Shown here: one piece after another, positions 10,048 to 19,506 of the stretch
Position numbering within the stretch: the stretch's first letter is position 1
Layout: each line of letters starts with the position of its first letter
Source of the DNA: Candidatus Thorarchaeota archaeon
GTDB lineage: Archaea; Asgardarchaeota; Thorarchaeia; Thorarchaeales; Thorarchaeaceae
Length of the DNA: 64,000 bases
Assembly: GCA_003345595.1 (NCBI GenBank)
Contig: PRDI01000039.1
Location: 1-64,000, forward strand
Direction of reading: 5' to 3'
Translations under genes and position numbers: made by a program
The notes under the pieces: model-generated
Told to the model about the DNA's origin: nothing
Databases searched by the model: none
What the model saw: only the letters and a program-made list of their open reading frames with translations

Positions 10048-10260
10048 GTGTCAACTGTGGCAGAGAGTTACTCATCGTATCTCAAGGACATCTTGAGGAA
10101 GATATGTTCTGCAGACGCGGGGGCATTTGTCGCCGAGGGAGAAACAGTAGTTATAGACACAGGATCGGAGCGGGTGGCCTTATCGCGAAAGAATGGCGTT
10201 CTCACAGTGGCGCCCTTTTCTGGAACAGGCATTGAAACAAAGGGACTACGAGTCAAGTGA
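10048..10260 (+). CDS. Small hypothetical protein
   Basis: 70-aa ORF with protein-like composition, downstream of a TATA-like CTATAA; its stop overlaps the next start (GTGA). Confidence 0.45.
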   Translation: MSTVAESYSSYLKDILRKICSADAGAFVAEGETVVIDTGSERVALSRKNGVLTVAPFSGTGIETKGLRVK

Positions 10261-10745
10261 GTTTGACGAATGTCCGTTTGTTAAGTGCTGACGCTATGGA
10301 ATGTCTGTTTTTTGGGCAGCTTTCTTCACATCACCGCCTACGTGATGCAGAGCCTTTCAGGAGTGCGGTTTGGGACCTTCTGGCGCTGTTTCTCGCGCTC
10401 TCAGGCATATATACTCTTGGCGGACATGTTTCATTGCGCGAACATTCCGCTACGCGCTATCATAGCTTCCTGGAGCTCGACACAACGGTTGAGGCCTGCC
10501 AGTTCCAAACGCAGGGGCCGAGCTCACGTGCCAGAGATCATGAGACGGATGCGACCTGTATTGGGGATGCGTCATTGGGGACTTGGTCGCAGTCACCACT
10601 CATCGGAAGAGTCCTGGCAGTGAGTGTTGGTTCCCGACTGTTTCTTAGGCTGGCAGGTCTCAGCCAACCAAGTCCCAACAAGTCCGTGGTGGCGAGTCTC
10701 AGCAAGCTCTTGGATCGTCATTGCACACAGCTCGGACAGGGGTAA
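10257..10745 (+). CDS. Hypothetical protein
   Basis: GTGA overlap with the upstream ORF and fills the gap; no recognised motif. Confidence 0.35.
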   Translation: MSLTNVRLLSADAMECLFFGQLSSHHRLRDAEPFRSAVWDLLALFLALSGIYTLGGHVSLREHSATRYHSFLELDTTVEACQFQTQGPSSRARDHETDATCIGDASLGTWSQSPLIGRVLAVSVGSRLFLRLAGLSQPSPNKSVVASLSKLLDRHCTQLGQG

Positions 10746-10844
10746 CCGCCTCATTGACCGCCTGTTATCTGGGCTGCATTCGCACTTATGAAATGACCGA
10801 AGACCGTGTTAGGAACGTTCTTAGCATCCCCGCCTTGAGATGAG

Positions 10845-11987
10845 TTGGGTATTAGCTTGACAGACACCGCTCGCTTGATGAGACTGGCCAGAGATCTGAT
10901 TGCGACAAACTCAGAAAACCCACCAGGCAGAGAAGCTGACGCCGTCCGAGTCTTGAAGGAACACATGGAGGCTCATGGTCTTGCTTGTAGAGAGGTCGGA
11001 CGAACCGAGCGGCCAAACCTGATCATTTCATCCGGCGGCGCAGGGAGAGCTCAACTCGTATTGCACGGTCACCTGGATACAGTTCCTGCGGGTGCAAGAG
11101 AGTTTTGGTCCCATGATCCGTTTGAATCTGAGATAGTAAATGGCAGACTTTATGGTCGAGGCGCCTGCGACATGAAGGGGCCAATGGCTGCATTGGCAGA
11201 AGCTCTTATCGAGTACAGCAAGAAGCCTCAATCATCACCGCTACTCATGCTGGCCACTTCTGACGAAGAGAGTGGATGCATGGGAGCTGAGGACGTTGCC
11301 TTAAGCGGGCAGTTGGCCGGGACCAAGTTCGGCGTGTGTGCAGAACCAACTGATCTCGAGGTCCTGGTAGGCGAACGAGGGATGCTTTGGACTCGTGTTA
11401 GTGCTGTGGGTAAAGCTGCTCACGGGTCCCGCCCAGAAACTGGGTTGAATGCAATCAATGTGTGCATGGACGCTCTTCGGGTGCTTATCAAACGGGGATA
11501 TGCGTATGAAGCCGATCACATGATGGGAAGGCCAACTATCAACATAGGCACGATCAAAGGTGGTATCAGGATCAATGTTGTTCCAGACCAGTGCGAGGCT
11601 CTGGTGGATATGCGCCTTGTCAAGGGACAGAAGCCAGACTCCGTGCTCGGGGAGATGAGGGACCGACTCGATTCTGCGGGCCTCTCGGAGCGCGTGAGCG
11701 TCGAATACGTATTCGGCAAGCCTCCCGTAAAGACGCCTCCTGACTCGGAGATAGTCGCCGTCGCAGTTCAAGCTGTTCGAAAGATAACGGGCAAGACACT
11801 GAAGCTCCGCGCAGCCACTTTTGGAACGGACTGTTCGGTTCTTCAACCTAAGGTGGGCATAATCAGTGTGATTTGCGGACCTGGGTCTATTGAACAGGCT
11901 CACCAGCCGGACGAGTACATCTCGGTGAGTCAGCTACTCAAATCCGTCGATGTCTATCTCGCAATCGCTCGTCATTTCGGCACGTAG
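10845..11987 (+). CDS. M20 family metallo-amidohydrolase (ArgE/DapE-like)
   Basis: HGHLDTVP, GRGACDMKG, SDEE, AEPT, GKAAHGS, AHQPDE. Confidence 0.92.
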   Translation: MGISLTDTARLMRLARDLIATNSENPPGREADAVRVLKEHMEAHGLACREVGRTERPNLIISSGGAGRAQLVLHGHLDTVPAGAREFWSHDPFESEIVNGRLYGRGACDMKGPMAALAEALIEYSKKPQSSPLLMLATSDEESGCMGAEDVALSGQLAGTKFGVCAEPTDLEVLVGERGMLWTRVSAVGKAAHGSRPETGLNAINVCMDALRVLIKRGYAYEADHMMGRPTINIGTIKGGIRINVVPDQCEALVDMRLVKGQKPDSVLGEMRDRLDSAGLSERVSVEYVFGKPPVKTPPDSEIVAVAVQAVRKITGKTLKLRAATFGTDCSVLQPKVGIISVICGPGSIEQAHQPDEYISVSQLLKSVDVYLAIARHFGT

Positions 11988-12134
11988 TGACTCCGTTTGA
12001 CATATTGTGACTCCGGTACGTTTCATCGCGCTTCTGTACTTGGCGTGTCCGACCGACCACGCTCGCAGAAACATTAAAGTTGGCGTTGTACAGCATCGGC
12101 TTCGATAAGGCTCTAGGCTCAGGGGCAGGTCTTC

Positions 12135-12650
12135 ATGCAGGTAACTGATATTCTAGCCATCATTCAGAATCCTTTGGTGATTCTTGTCCTTGCTGTCGTC
12201 ATTGTGTTGATTGCGGGAGGCGTCAGGCAAAGAAGGAAACCTGGTGGGCGTGCCAAGGCACCCCTCATGAAGCATGTCTATCGGATGATGACTGAGATTG
12301 ACAAAGGCAAACCTGTCTCAGTTCCTCCGACGAAATCTCGCCAAGAAGTAATCACTCAGCTGTTCGAGAGCAAGATGAAGACTGTAGGACTGGAGCCATC
12401 GCATGATTCCGGCTACGTGCCCGTAGTGGTCACGCCGTTTGCTCAGTTTCTCCGCGATCACGGTGTCGCCGAGGATATGACAAGCGCTATCCTGTCAGGC
12501 GTGAAGGAGGCACGAAGCGAAAGTGAAGTTCAGGAGATCGTGCGCGCCGCAGCTGAGAGCCCTCAGGTAGGCCTGAAAGGTGCTGACCTCACAAAGGCCG
12601 AGGAGATTGCCACTCTTGAGTGGAAGCGGATGAGAACTGCCGGCCGTTAG
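12135..12650 (+). CDS. Hypothetical protein with N-terminal membrane anchor
   Basis: LVILVLAVVIVLIAGG followed by a basic stretch (RQRRK). Confidence 0.7.
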   Translation: MQVTDILAIIQNPLVILVLAVVIVLIAGGVRQRRKPGGRAKAPLMKHVYRMMTEIDKGKPVSVPPTKSRQEVITQLFESKMKTVGLEPSHDSGYVPVVVTPFAQFLRDHGVAEDMTSAILSGVKEARSESEVQEIVRAAAESPQVGLKGADLTKAEEIATLEWKRMRTAGR

Positions 12651-12660
12651 AGGAGAACAC

Positions 12661-13392
12661 GTGATGACAGACCTCCTTCATATGCGAAATAACTACCTTC
12701 GGGAGTTCGATGCGAGGATAGTGAAATCCCTGGAATCTGCAGTTATCCTCGACCGTACTGCATTCTATCCTGAGGGTGGGGGACAGGTGGGGGACCGCGG
12801 CGCACTGAGTGACGGAAACACGACTATTCAGGTATCTGACACAAGGAAAGTGGACGACGAAGTCCATCACATTGTAGTGGGGAGCATTCCTAACGGCTTC
12901 GGGCCCCAAGTCCATGGGGTACTGGACTGGACATGGCGGTACCAGTGTATGCGTTTTCACACAGCACAGCACGTGCTTTCACGATATCTCCAGCTAAACC
13001 TCGGACTGGAAACTGTCGGAAACATGGTCAAACCTGGCGAGAGCAGAGCTGACTACCGTCCGATAGATCACTTTACAGATGAGATGAAGCGTTCTGTCGA
13101 GGTCGGTGTCAATGCCATTCTCGCAAGAAATATGAAAGTCGAGATTCGCTTCATGCCTCGTCAAGAGGCAATGCTTTTCCTGAAGCAAGCAGGATATCAG
13201 ATGAGGTATATGGAGATGGTGCCCGAGTCTGTCACAGAGTTTCGTGTACTGATCATAGGTGACTTTGACGCCTCCTCATGCGCGGGAACACATGTGGCGA
13301 ACACACAAGAAGTCGGTATGATCCAAATCGGAAAGAACAAGAACATGGGTGCAGGAAAGCAGAGAATCTACTTTTCGCTCATTGACCGCTGA
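12661..13392 (+). CDS. alaXM: Alanyl-tRNA editing protein AlaX (AlaXM type)
   Basis: LDRTAFYPEGGGQVGD, MRFHTAQH, CAGTHV (HxxxH/CxxxH Zn site). Confidence 0.92.
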   Translation: MMTDLLHMRNNYLREFDARIVKSLESAVILDRTAFYPEGGGQVGDRGALSDGNTTIQVSDTRKVDDEVHHIVVGSIPNGFGPQVHGVLDWTWRYQCMRFHTAQHVLSRYLQLNLGLETVGNMVKPGESRADYRPIDHFTDEMKRSVEVGVNAILARNMKVEIRFMPRQEAMLFLKQAGYQMRYMEMVPESVTEFRVLIIGDFDASSCAGTHVANTQEVGMIQIGKNKNMGAGKQRIYFSLIDR

Positions 13393-13454
13393 AAGTAGGG
13401 GGTGACCAAAGGTTTTATCCCAGCAAGCGGTCGTGGATGCACGGTGTGAGCTAG

Positions 13455-14744
13455 ATGAAGGCACTCGTCCTCACTGCGGGAACAGGCAACCGTCTAAGGC
13501 CTCTTACTGCGAATCGGTCTAAGTCTATGCTGATGATTGCCGGAAAGCCGGTCCTGCAATACATAGTAGACAGCCTGAAGGACAATGGCGTCAGGGACAT
13601 AGTCTTGGTCGTAGGTCACGGAAAAGAAGAGCTGATGAGTCATTTTCAGCAGGGTGGCGACCAGAACATCAGCATAAGGTATGTTCATCAATTGAGGCAG
13701 GAGGGTACAGAAAACGCAATCCTGTGTGCGAAGGAGGAGCTGGCCGATGAAGAAGAGTTCTTGCTGGTGTACGGAGACGTTCTCGTGGAGCCGGAAATGG
13801 TATCTCGTACGCTTGACAATCACCGCAATGCTGACGCTTATGCCACTATGTTGGTCACACTTGTGTCAAACCCTGAGCAGTATGGCACAGTCAGGATTGG
13901 CCGGGACGGCGTGGTTGAGCGTCTCGTGGAAAAGGGCGGTCCAGACCGCTATCTGAGCAACTATGCCGTGGCCGGCGTATCTGTCTTCAACCGAGGGATT
14001 TTTCCGCTGCTTGAGAAGCACAAGACGCTAGAAGGCACAATCGAAGGCATGATCACGTCCAAGAAGAAGGTGAACGCGGCTGTCTGGGAGAAAGAATGGG
14101 CTGAGTTCACTTGGCCTTGGGATATACTGAAAGCCAATAGGATTGTAATGGACAGAAAACTCAGGGGCTATGGCACATTCATAGCTGAGTCAGCGGAGAT
14201 ACACAAAAACGTTGTCCTAGAAGGATCTGTGTTCATCGACGAGGGCAGCATCATCCGACCGGGCACGACGGTGCGGGGGCCTGTCTACATTGGCAAGAGA
14301 GTGTACGTGGGCAATAACTCGCTTGTGCGAGACTACGCCAGTCTATGCGATGGAGTCCACCTAGGCTATGCAGTCGAGGTCAGAAACAGCATGGTCTTTG
14401 AGAGGGTGAACATAGCAAGAATGACTTTTCTTGCCGATTCAATTGTGGGTGCGGACAGCTGTATCGAGGCCGGGGCACAGCTCTGGAACTGGCGTCCGGG
14501 TGGCCAGCCTCTCTACCTTGATGGTCCTGAAACAGTGCGGATACCCCTGAGCAAGTTTGGAGCCATAATCGGAGACAACGTTGTCATCGGAGTCAACACG
14601 TCGGTCTTTCCGGCAACACGGATTGGAGAGAACAGCGTCATCTCGGCTGGATGTATCATCGATCAGGACATTCCACCCGACAGTGATGTTAGGGCACAAC
14701 ACAACATCACGATCACTAAACGTTCTGAAACCAAGACGAGCTAG
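13455..14744 (+). CDS. Bifunctional sugar-1-phosphate nucleotidyltransferase/acetyltransferase (archaeal GlmU-like)
   Basis: LTAGTGNRLRPLT N-terminal motif plus hexapeptide LbH repeats; KFGAIIGDNV. Confidence 0.88.
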   Translation: MKALVLTAGTGNRLRPLTANRSKSMLMIAGKPVLQYIVDSLKDNGVRDIVLVVGHGKEELMSHFQQGGDQNISIRYVHQLRQEGTENAILCAKEELADEEEFLLVYGDVLVEPEMVSRTLDNHRNADAYATMLVTLVSNPEQYGTVRIGRDGVVERLVEKGGPDRYLSNYAVAGVSVFNRGIFPLLEKHKTLEGTIEGMITSKKKVNAAVWEKEWAEFTWPWDILKANRIVMDRKLRGYGTFIAESAEIHKNVVLEGSVFIDEGSIIRPGTTVRGPVYIGKRVYVGNNSLVRDYASLCDGVHLGYAVEVRNSMVFERVNIARMTFLADSIVGADSCIEAGAQLWNWRPGGQPLYLDGPETVRIPLSKFGAIIGDNVVIGVNTSVFPATRIGENSVISAGCIIDQDIPPDSDVRAQHNITITKRSETKTS

Positions 14745-14746
14745 TC

Positions 14747-15427
14747 TCAGTCCGACGGACCAAGACTTGACTGTCCTACGATTCTGTCATTCACATAAAG
14801 GAAGGCTGTGTCTTCCCTGATGACCAGCTTGACACCTGATGAGGAAGGTATCTGGAGACCATGAAATAGGTATCCGCCCACAGACGTTTGTCCACGTTCG
14901 TCCTCGACTACCGCAATGTCGTGAATCCTACCTACTCCCCCGTCGGAGGAAATCGAAGGCACGATTCTCAAATCACTGAGTAGGCGATTCAGCTGAATCG
15001 TTTCCTGATGAGTCAATCGCTGCCGTATTGATCGATAGCCGTAGTACCTGTCGCGGCCCCTGTGTGTAGTCTGGTCTTTGTACCGTCCTGTTGTGACCCT
15101 CTCTGTCGCGAGGTAGACACCCAGTCCCCTGTCTATCACATCCAAGTCCGCGTTAGCCTCAACGGGGCGCGCGGCTTCAGAAATGGGATGGCTGAGTTCG
15201 TGGGATAGGAGGCCGAACAGAGCTCCTTCATGCCAAGCTCTCGTCGAGGTATCACATGTGATGGAAACGTGTTTCTGGCGATTGTCCCATCTCACCTCTG
15301 CAAAAGACGAGATTCTTGACCATCGCGTTGTGAGGCGGTGGTCCAACAACTCTGGGTAGGCATGGCGAACAAGTCTAGAAACCAGAGCGTCCAAGTCCGG
15401 CGAGGTAATCTTTCGATCTATCAACAT
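14747..15427 (-). CDS. Hypothetical zincin-like protein (HExxH)
   Basis: GLLSHELSH followed by EANAD. Confidence 0.55.
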   Translation of the reverse strand: MLIDRKITSPDLDALVSRLVRHAYPELLDHRLTTRWSRISSFAEVRWDNRQKHVSITCDTSTRAWHEGALFGLLSHELSHPISEAARPVEANADLDVIDRGLGVYLATERVTTGRYKDQTTHRGRDRYYGYRSIRQRLTHQETIQLNRLLSDLRIVPSISSDGGVGRIHDIAVVEDERGQTSVGGYLFHGLQIPSSSGVKLVIREDTAFLYVNDRIVGQSSLGPSD

Positions 15428-15567
15428 TCACCTTCCATTTCTTGATTGCAGGAGCTAATAGCACCTTCGGACTCATTGCGGAGGTGGCTGTCCCATGAGC
15501 ATGTTTAAAAGCCAAGTTCTGGGTCATCCGCCGAGACCCCGTCCGGAATCATTTGGAGAGTGACTCT

Positions 15568-16488
15568 GTGTCCGTCAGGAAGAAGTGGGGAAAGACCGCC
15601 ACAAAGACTGAACGGCTTGTTCGTGAAGCCGTCCCAAAGCCCGAAACCATGCAGGAGATTGCTGAGTATCTCAAGAAGGCAAAACACACAACAGTGTACG
15701 ACATTGCCAACCGCTTTGGTGTCAGGCTGAGCGTTGCGAAGGACCTTCTAAAACAGCGTGAGGCCGATGGCAGCTTGGTTGCATATGTCCGTGATGGCGG
15801 CTTTGTTGCCTATAGCGTTCCGGCCGAGCTCGAGAGACGCGCATCAGGGCGGTCTGTGCTCATAGGAGATGCACTTGAAGAAGTTGCAGCATCGACGCCT
15901 TCTGAGCGTCTGATGACAGACGAGATGGAGGCTGCTCTTGCCGCAGCGGCAAGTATTACGACGGTTAAGCCGAGCAGGCTTGCAAGACAGAGACGAGAGG
16001 CTGGAGAACGAAAGGAGAAGATCCATGACAAGAGGCCTGAGGTTGTCGTCGAACCTCTCGAAGAAGAACGAGAGGAAGAGATCATCCCGCCTATTGGTGA
16101 ACCAGAGAAGCCTCGGAGAGAACCGTTCATAGAGGAACATGTCGGCAAACGCGAGACTGAGCCTAGTGGGGCTCTAGCGAAGAAACCTGTTGAACTGGAA
16201 ACGCCTGTCATCACAGCTGAAACTGTTGGTCCGAATGCCGATGTGGTGGAAGAGAGGGTACGGCCCAAGAAGAGGCCTGCGGCTGAGTCTGCCAAGCCAG
16301 TCGCCGCAGCGAAGGCCGAAGCAGCTGAGGAAAGACCCAGAGCCCGGAAGAAGGCTGAGTCAACTGGTGCGAAGCCCGGCAAACCTGCTCCGAAAACAGA
16401 GGCCAAGGCTGAGAAGCCCCGGCCCAGGAAGAAGACCGAGTCAAGCAGTGAGAAGCCTGCAAAGCCAGCCAAGAAGAAGACCGAGTAG
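15568..16488 (+). CDS. rps25e: 30S ribosomal protein eS25 with a long charged, low-complexity C-terminal extension
   Basis: RKKWGK N-terminus and wHTH core (TVYDIANRFGVRLSVAKDLLKQ...G.L); TATA-like TTTAAAA about 60 bp upstream. Confidence 0.8.
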   Translation: MSVRKKWGKTATKTERLVREAVPKPETMQEIAEYLKKAKHTTVYDIANRFGVRLSVAKDLLKQREADGSLVAYVRDGGFVAYSVPAELERRASGRSVLIGDALEEVAASTPSERLMTDEMEAALAAAASITTVKPSRLARQRREAGERKEKIHDKRPEVVVEPLEEEREEEIIPPIGEPEKPRREPFIEEHVGKRETEPSGALAKKPVELETPVITAETVGPNADVVEERVRPKKRPAAESAKPVAAAKAEAAEERPRARKKAESTGAKPGKPAPKTEAKAEKPRPRKKTESSSEKPAKPAKKKTE

Positions 16489-16711
16489 CAGGACACTCTG
16501 GAACTGCTCACTGGGTGTCATTCCGTTGCACATCGACTGCAGTGCGACAGGTCCATGACAGGATAACAAAGGGACAGCGAAGAAGAGGAATGGTTCAGTC
16601 CTGATTTCGTGTTCGCTGTCGTTGAGAGAACAACAGGCATCTCAGATGAGGGGAAGGTCCGAAGCTCTAGTGCGCGGCTGAGATGTCGGTCATTGGACGT
16701 AGGTATATCTC

Positions 16712-17353
16712 TTACTTGAGTCCAGCAATCTGTCGGTCCAGATCCTCCAGCTGAGAGTCAAGGTCTGCCTCTTTTGTCTTGTACTCGTCCTCTGGGATAT
16801 AACCTCTCATGTAGTCGAAGCGTAGATCAGTGAGCGACGCTTTCAGACGATCCTTCTGTTGAAGTAGGACGTCAATCTGGTCACTACCCCCTCCTGCTGA
16901 TGCCGGTGCGGGAGCCGGTGCCGGCGTGGGTGCCATTCTAGGCGCAGGAGCCGGCGCTGGAGCTGTTGCCGTCTTGGCTGCTGGAGCTGCTGTCGGAGCC
17001 GACTTGGGGGCCGGTGTCGGTGCAGACTTACTTCCGGGAGTCGGTGCTGCCCTTGATGCTGGAGCCGGAGACGGTGTAGGAGCCGGTATGGTGATTGGAG
17101 CCACCCCCGGACTAGCTTGGACTTTCTCCATACTCTCCATGTTGCGCCTAAGGTTCTCAATCTGGTCAGCAATCTCAGAGAAACTCTGGTTCATCGCCTG
17201 ATTGAGCGCAGTCTTCATTCCCGCAAAGTTCTCTGCTAGCTGGTCGGCCAGTTTCTTGGTTTCAGCGACCCTGCTTGCAAAGCTCTCGATTGCCTTGAGC
17301 TTCTGGTTCAGTTCTTCCATCTGTCTTTGAATTGCACTAAAATCAAAGGCCAT
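16712..17353 (-). CDS. Coiled-coil / Pro-Ala linker / C-terminal helical-hairpin (SHOCT-like) protein
   Basis: Heptad-rich N-terminus, about 75-aa PAP/APT linker, C-terminal LTDLRFDYMRGYIPEDEYK; GGTGAG SD. Confidence 0.75.
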   Translation of the reverse strand: MAFDFSAIQRQMEELNQKLKAIESFASRVAETKKLADQLAENFAGMKTALNQAMNQSFSEIADQIENLRRNMESMEKVQASPGVAPITIPAPTPSPAPASRAAPTPGSKSAPTPAPKSAPTAAPAAKTATAPAPAPAPRMAPTPAPAPAPASAGGGSDQIDVLLQQKDRLKASLTDLRFDYMRGYIPEDEYKTKEADLDSQLEDLDRQIAGLK

Positions 17354-17464
17354 GTGTACTCACCTACGGAACAGCCTCTGTCTTATGCTAAGGCTGGGTT
17401 GTCGTTCTTAACCTTTGCCGTCATTAACATCGCTGTCCGGGCGTCGAGAAACTGTGCGCGATTC

Positions 17465-18316
17465 TCAGGACGCCTTGGTTTCGGCCTTTCCTTCGAGTAT
17501 GGCTCTTCGGATGATCTGGATGAGGCGGTCTCTATAAGAGATGTCTATAGCGACGAGCTCGTAGGTTGGAATACTAAGAATCTGACCCACTCTCTCCGGC
17601 GTCAGCGCTGTCGGCAAGTCCTGCTTGTTGGCGATTCCTATGACCTTCGCCTCAGGCACCTCTTCCTTCACCAATGAAACGAGCTTCTTGCTGCGTAGGA
17701 CATTTTCCAGTGTGCTGTCGGTCACGATTATGACTACTTGAGCATTCGCTATCATCTTAGCCCAGAGGATGCTAAACCTTGATTGGCCTGCCAAATCCCA
17801 CAGAACAATGTTGGCATTCTGGACTTCATCTGGCAGCTTCTTAATCGAAACACCGATAGTCGGGTCGTGAACGAGCGGGAGTGTTTCTCCCCGAAGAAGA
17901 TGAAGCGTTGTGGTCTTGCCAACGCCAGCATATCCCAGTATCGCGACTTTGACCATTGTTACTGCAATCTCATCCACCTTGGCATCAAAGCCGTCTAGGG
18001 GCAGATTTGCATCAGCCAGAGGTGCGAAGTCCTTCACAAAAGTCGTCACGAGTTGTCCCATTCTTTCTTCAATCTGGGCTGCGTCGTCGGCCTTGTCTGC
18101 CATGAAGATGAACGTGAAGTCTCGTCGTACGGTATAGAATATCCTTGCTGTCGAGAAGCTCATGTACTCCGTCTTGCTCTCAAGATCGACTGAGCCGAGG
18201 AAATGAGCAAGGTTCACGAGGAACTCAACCAATGTTTCTCTCGAGTCGCTCTTGGCATACTCCTTTGAATAGACCATATTACTCTGTGGTCCGAGTATGT
18301 AGATGCTCCTAATCAT
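17465..18316 (-). CDS. Longin-domain / Arf-like small GTPase fusion
   Basis: N-terminal MIRSIYIL...VYSKEY longin (sigma/zeta-like) pattern; G1 GYAGVGKT, G2 PTIG, G3 WDLAGQ, G4 NKQD; ATGA overlap with the upstream gene. Confidence 0.9.
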   Translation of the reverse strand: MIRSIYILGPQSNMVYSKEYAKSDSRETLVEFLVNLAHFLGSVDLESKTEYMSFSTARIFYTVRRDFTFIFMADKADDAAQIEERMGQLVTTFVKDFAPLADANLPLDGFDAKVDEIAVTMVKVAILGYAGVGKTTTLHLLRGETLPLVHDPTIGVSIKKLPDEVQNANIVLWDLAGQSRFSILWAKMIANAQVVIIVTDSTLENVLRSKKLVSLVKEEVPEAKVIGIANKQDLPTALTPERVGQILSIPTYELVAIDISYRDRLIQIIRRAILEGKAETKAS

Positions 18317-19455
18317 TTGCGACCACTCCACGCTTCAGAGAGTAGCTCGAGATGCCTTCTCGCAATGTCGGGTCCTATCTCCTTGGCCGACAGTTTCTTG
18401 GCAATGACTGGTAGTATGAACTCTGGCATGAAAGTTTCCATCACCGGATCTGTCAAAAGGGCCCATGTTCCTTCCCCGATTTCGGCCGTGACATGGTCGG
18501 ATTGCAGCGTCGACAATGCGTTCTGGACGACTTCCTCCGGAAGTTCTGTCTTATCCGCAATCTGCCGTGTAGTCAACGGCTCTTCTCGAAGGCAATTCAG
18601 GACCGTGTAGCGAAGGCTCTTTGACAGCACGCGTGAGATCCTTTCTCTATCCTCGAATACCGGTGAATTAGGGTCATCACTAGGTATTGTGGGGTTGTAT
18701 CCTTTGCTCGGGGGAGGGGGTGTGAAGAACTGCGTCACTTGCTCCAAGTATTTTGCTGCTAGCTGAGGTACCGACTCCTTAGCTTTTGTAATCGCTTTGA
18801 CAGGTGGTGCCCGGTAGCCGAACAGATCTCTGAGTAGGAACACGGTTTCAGTGGTCTTGCCAATGACCTCGACCTTGACTAGACCTGAGTCCATCAGCGG
18901 CTTGATCACTTCGCGCAGGTCTACAGAGTCAGTTTGTACTTGGCCTTTCAGCCAGATTGAGATCTTAGCCGCTTTCTCGACCCCCTCTGACTCCATCTTC
19001 TCTAGTAGCAGTGCCGAGGATGGTGTCAAAAAGACCTGTGCATACTTCTGTTCTTCTCCGATTTCATCTAGCGAACTCTGGCGTTCCAGTATGTGTTCAA
19101 GACGGACTGTTTCGGGAGCCTCAATCATGAGCTCCAGTATAAGCCGTCCCATGCCTAGGATTGGTCTTCTGAGAGATTCTAATTGCTCTTCGGGGCCAAG
19201 GACGAAGCATACCATCCATCCATGATGGGCTTTGTCAACGAAGGAAGCAACCCTGAAGGTTTCTACCTCGGTATACCTAAGATTCTCCTTGCCTTCCTTC
19301 TCGTGTTCATAGAAGATGAGGTTTAGTACTTTCTCATTCAATGTGAACGAAGCCGGATACCTCTTCTCCACTATGAAACCTTGGTAGTCGTCTAGATGAA
19401 CAACGAAGACCGCTTCTGGCATGTCCTGCTCCGGACTTGGATTCACAGTCTCCAC
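18313..19455 (-). CDS. uDENN/longin-like N-terminal domain plus two winged-helix-like domains
   Basis: VFVVHLDDYQGFIVEKRYP resembles the (F/L)DxxxGxxxxxxYP start of uDENN/NPR2-type longins; wHTH LTTRQIADKTELPEEVVQNALSTL. Confidence 0.65.
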   Translation of the reverse strand: METVNPSPEQDMPEAVFVVHLDDYQGFIVEKRYPASFTLNEKVLNLIFYEHEKEGKENLRYTEVETFRVASFVDKAHHGWMVCFVLGPEEQLESLRRPILGMGRLILELMIEAPETVRLEHILERQSSLDEIGEEQKYAQVFLTPSSALLLEKMESEGVEKAAKISIWLKGQVQTDSVDLREVIKPLMDSGLVKVEVIGKTTETVFLLRDLFGYRAPPVKAITKAKESVPQLAAKYLEQVTQFFTPPPPSKGYNPTIPSDDPNSPVFEDRERISRVLSKSLRYTVLNCLREEPLTTRQIADKTELPEEVVQNALSTLQSDHVTAEIGEGTWALLTDPVMETFMPEFILPVIAKKLSAKEIGPDIARRHLELLSEAWSGRK

Positions 19456-19506
19456 ATAAATGTTTGACTGCGACGTTCCTTAACGATGAATGTGAAACCT
19501 CTAGGG

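Noticed and set aside
7034-11987. Lysine (DAP) biosynthesis operon: dapA, dapA, dapE
   Set aside because: Both aldolases lack the DHDPS Arg and carry Fae domains, no dapB/dapF/lysA is nearby, and the M20 enzyme's substrate cannot be assigned
15810-16558. Long alternative-frame and antisense ORFs over the eS25 tail
   Set aside because: Shadows of low-complexity coding sequence
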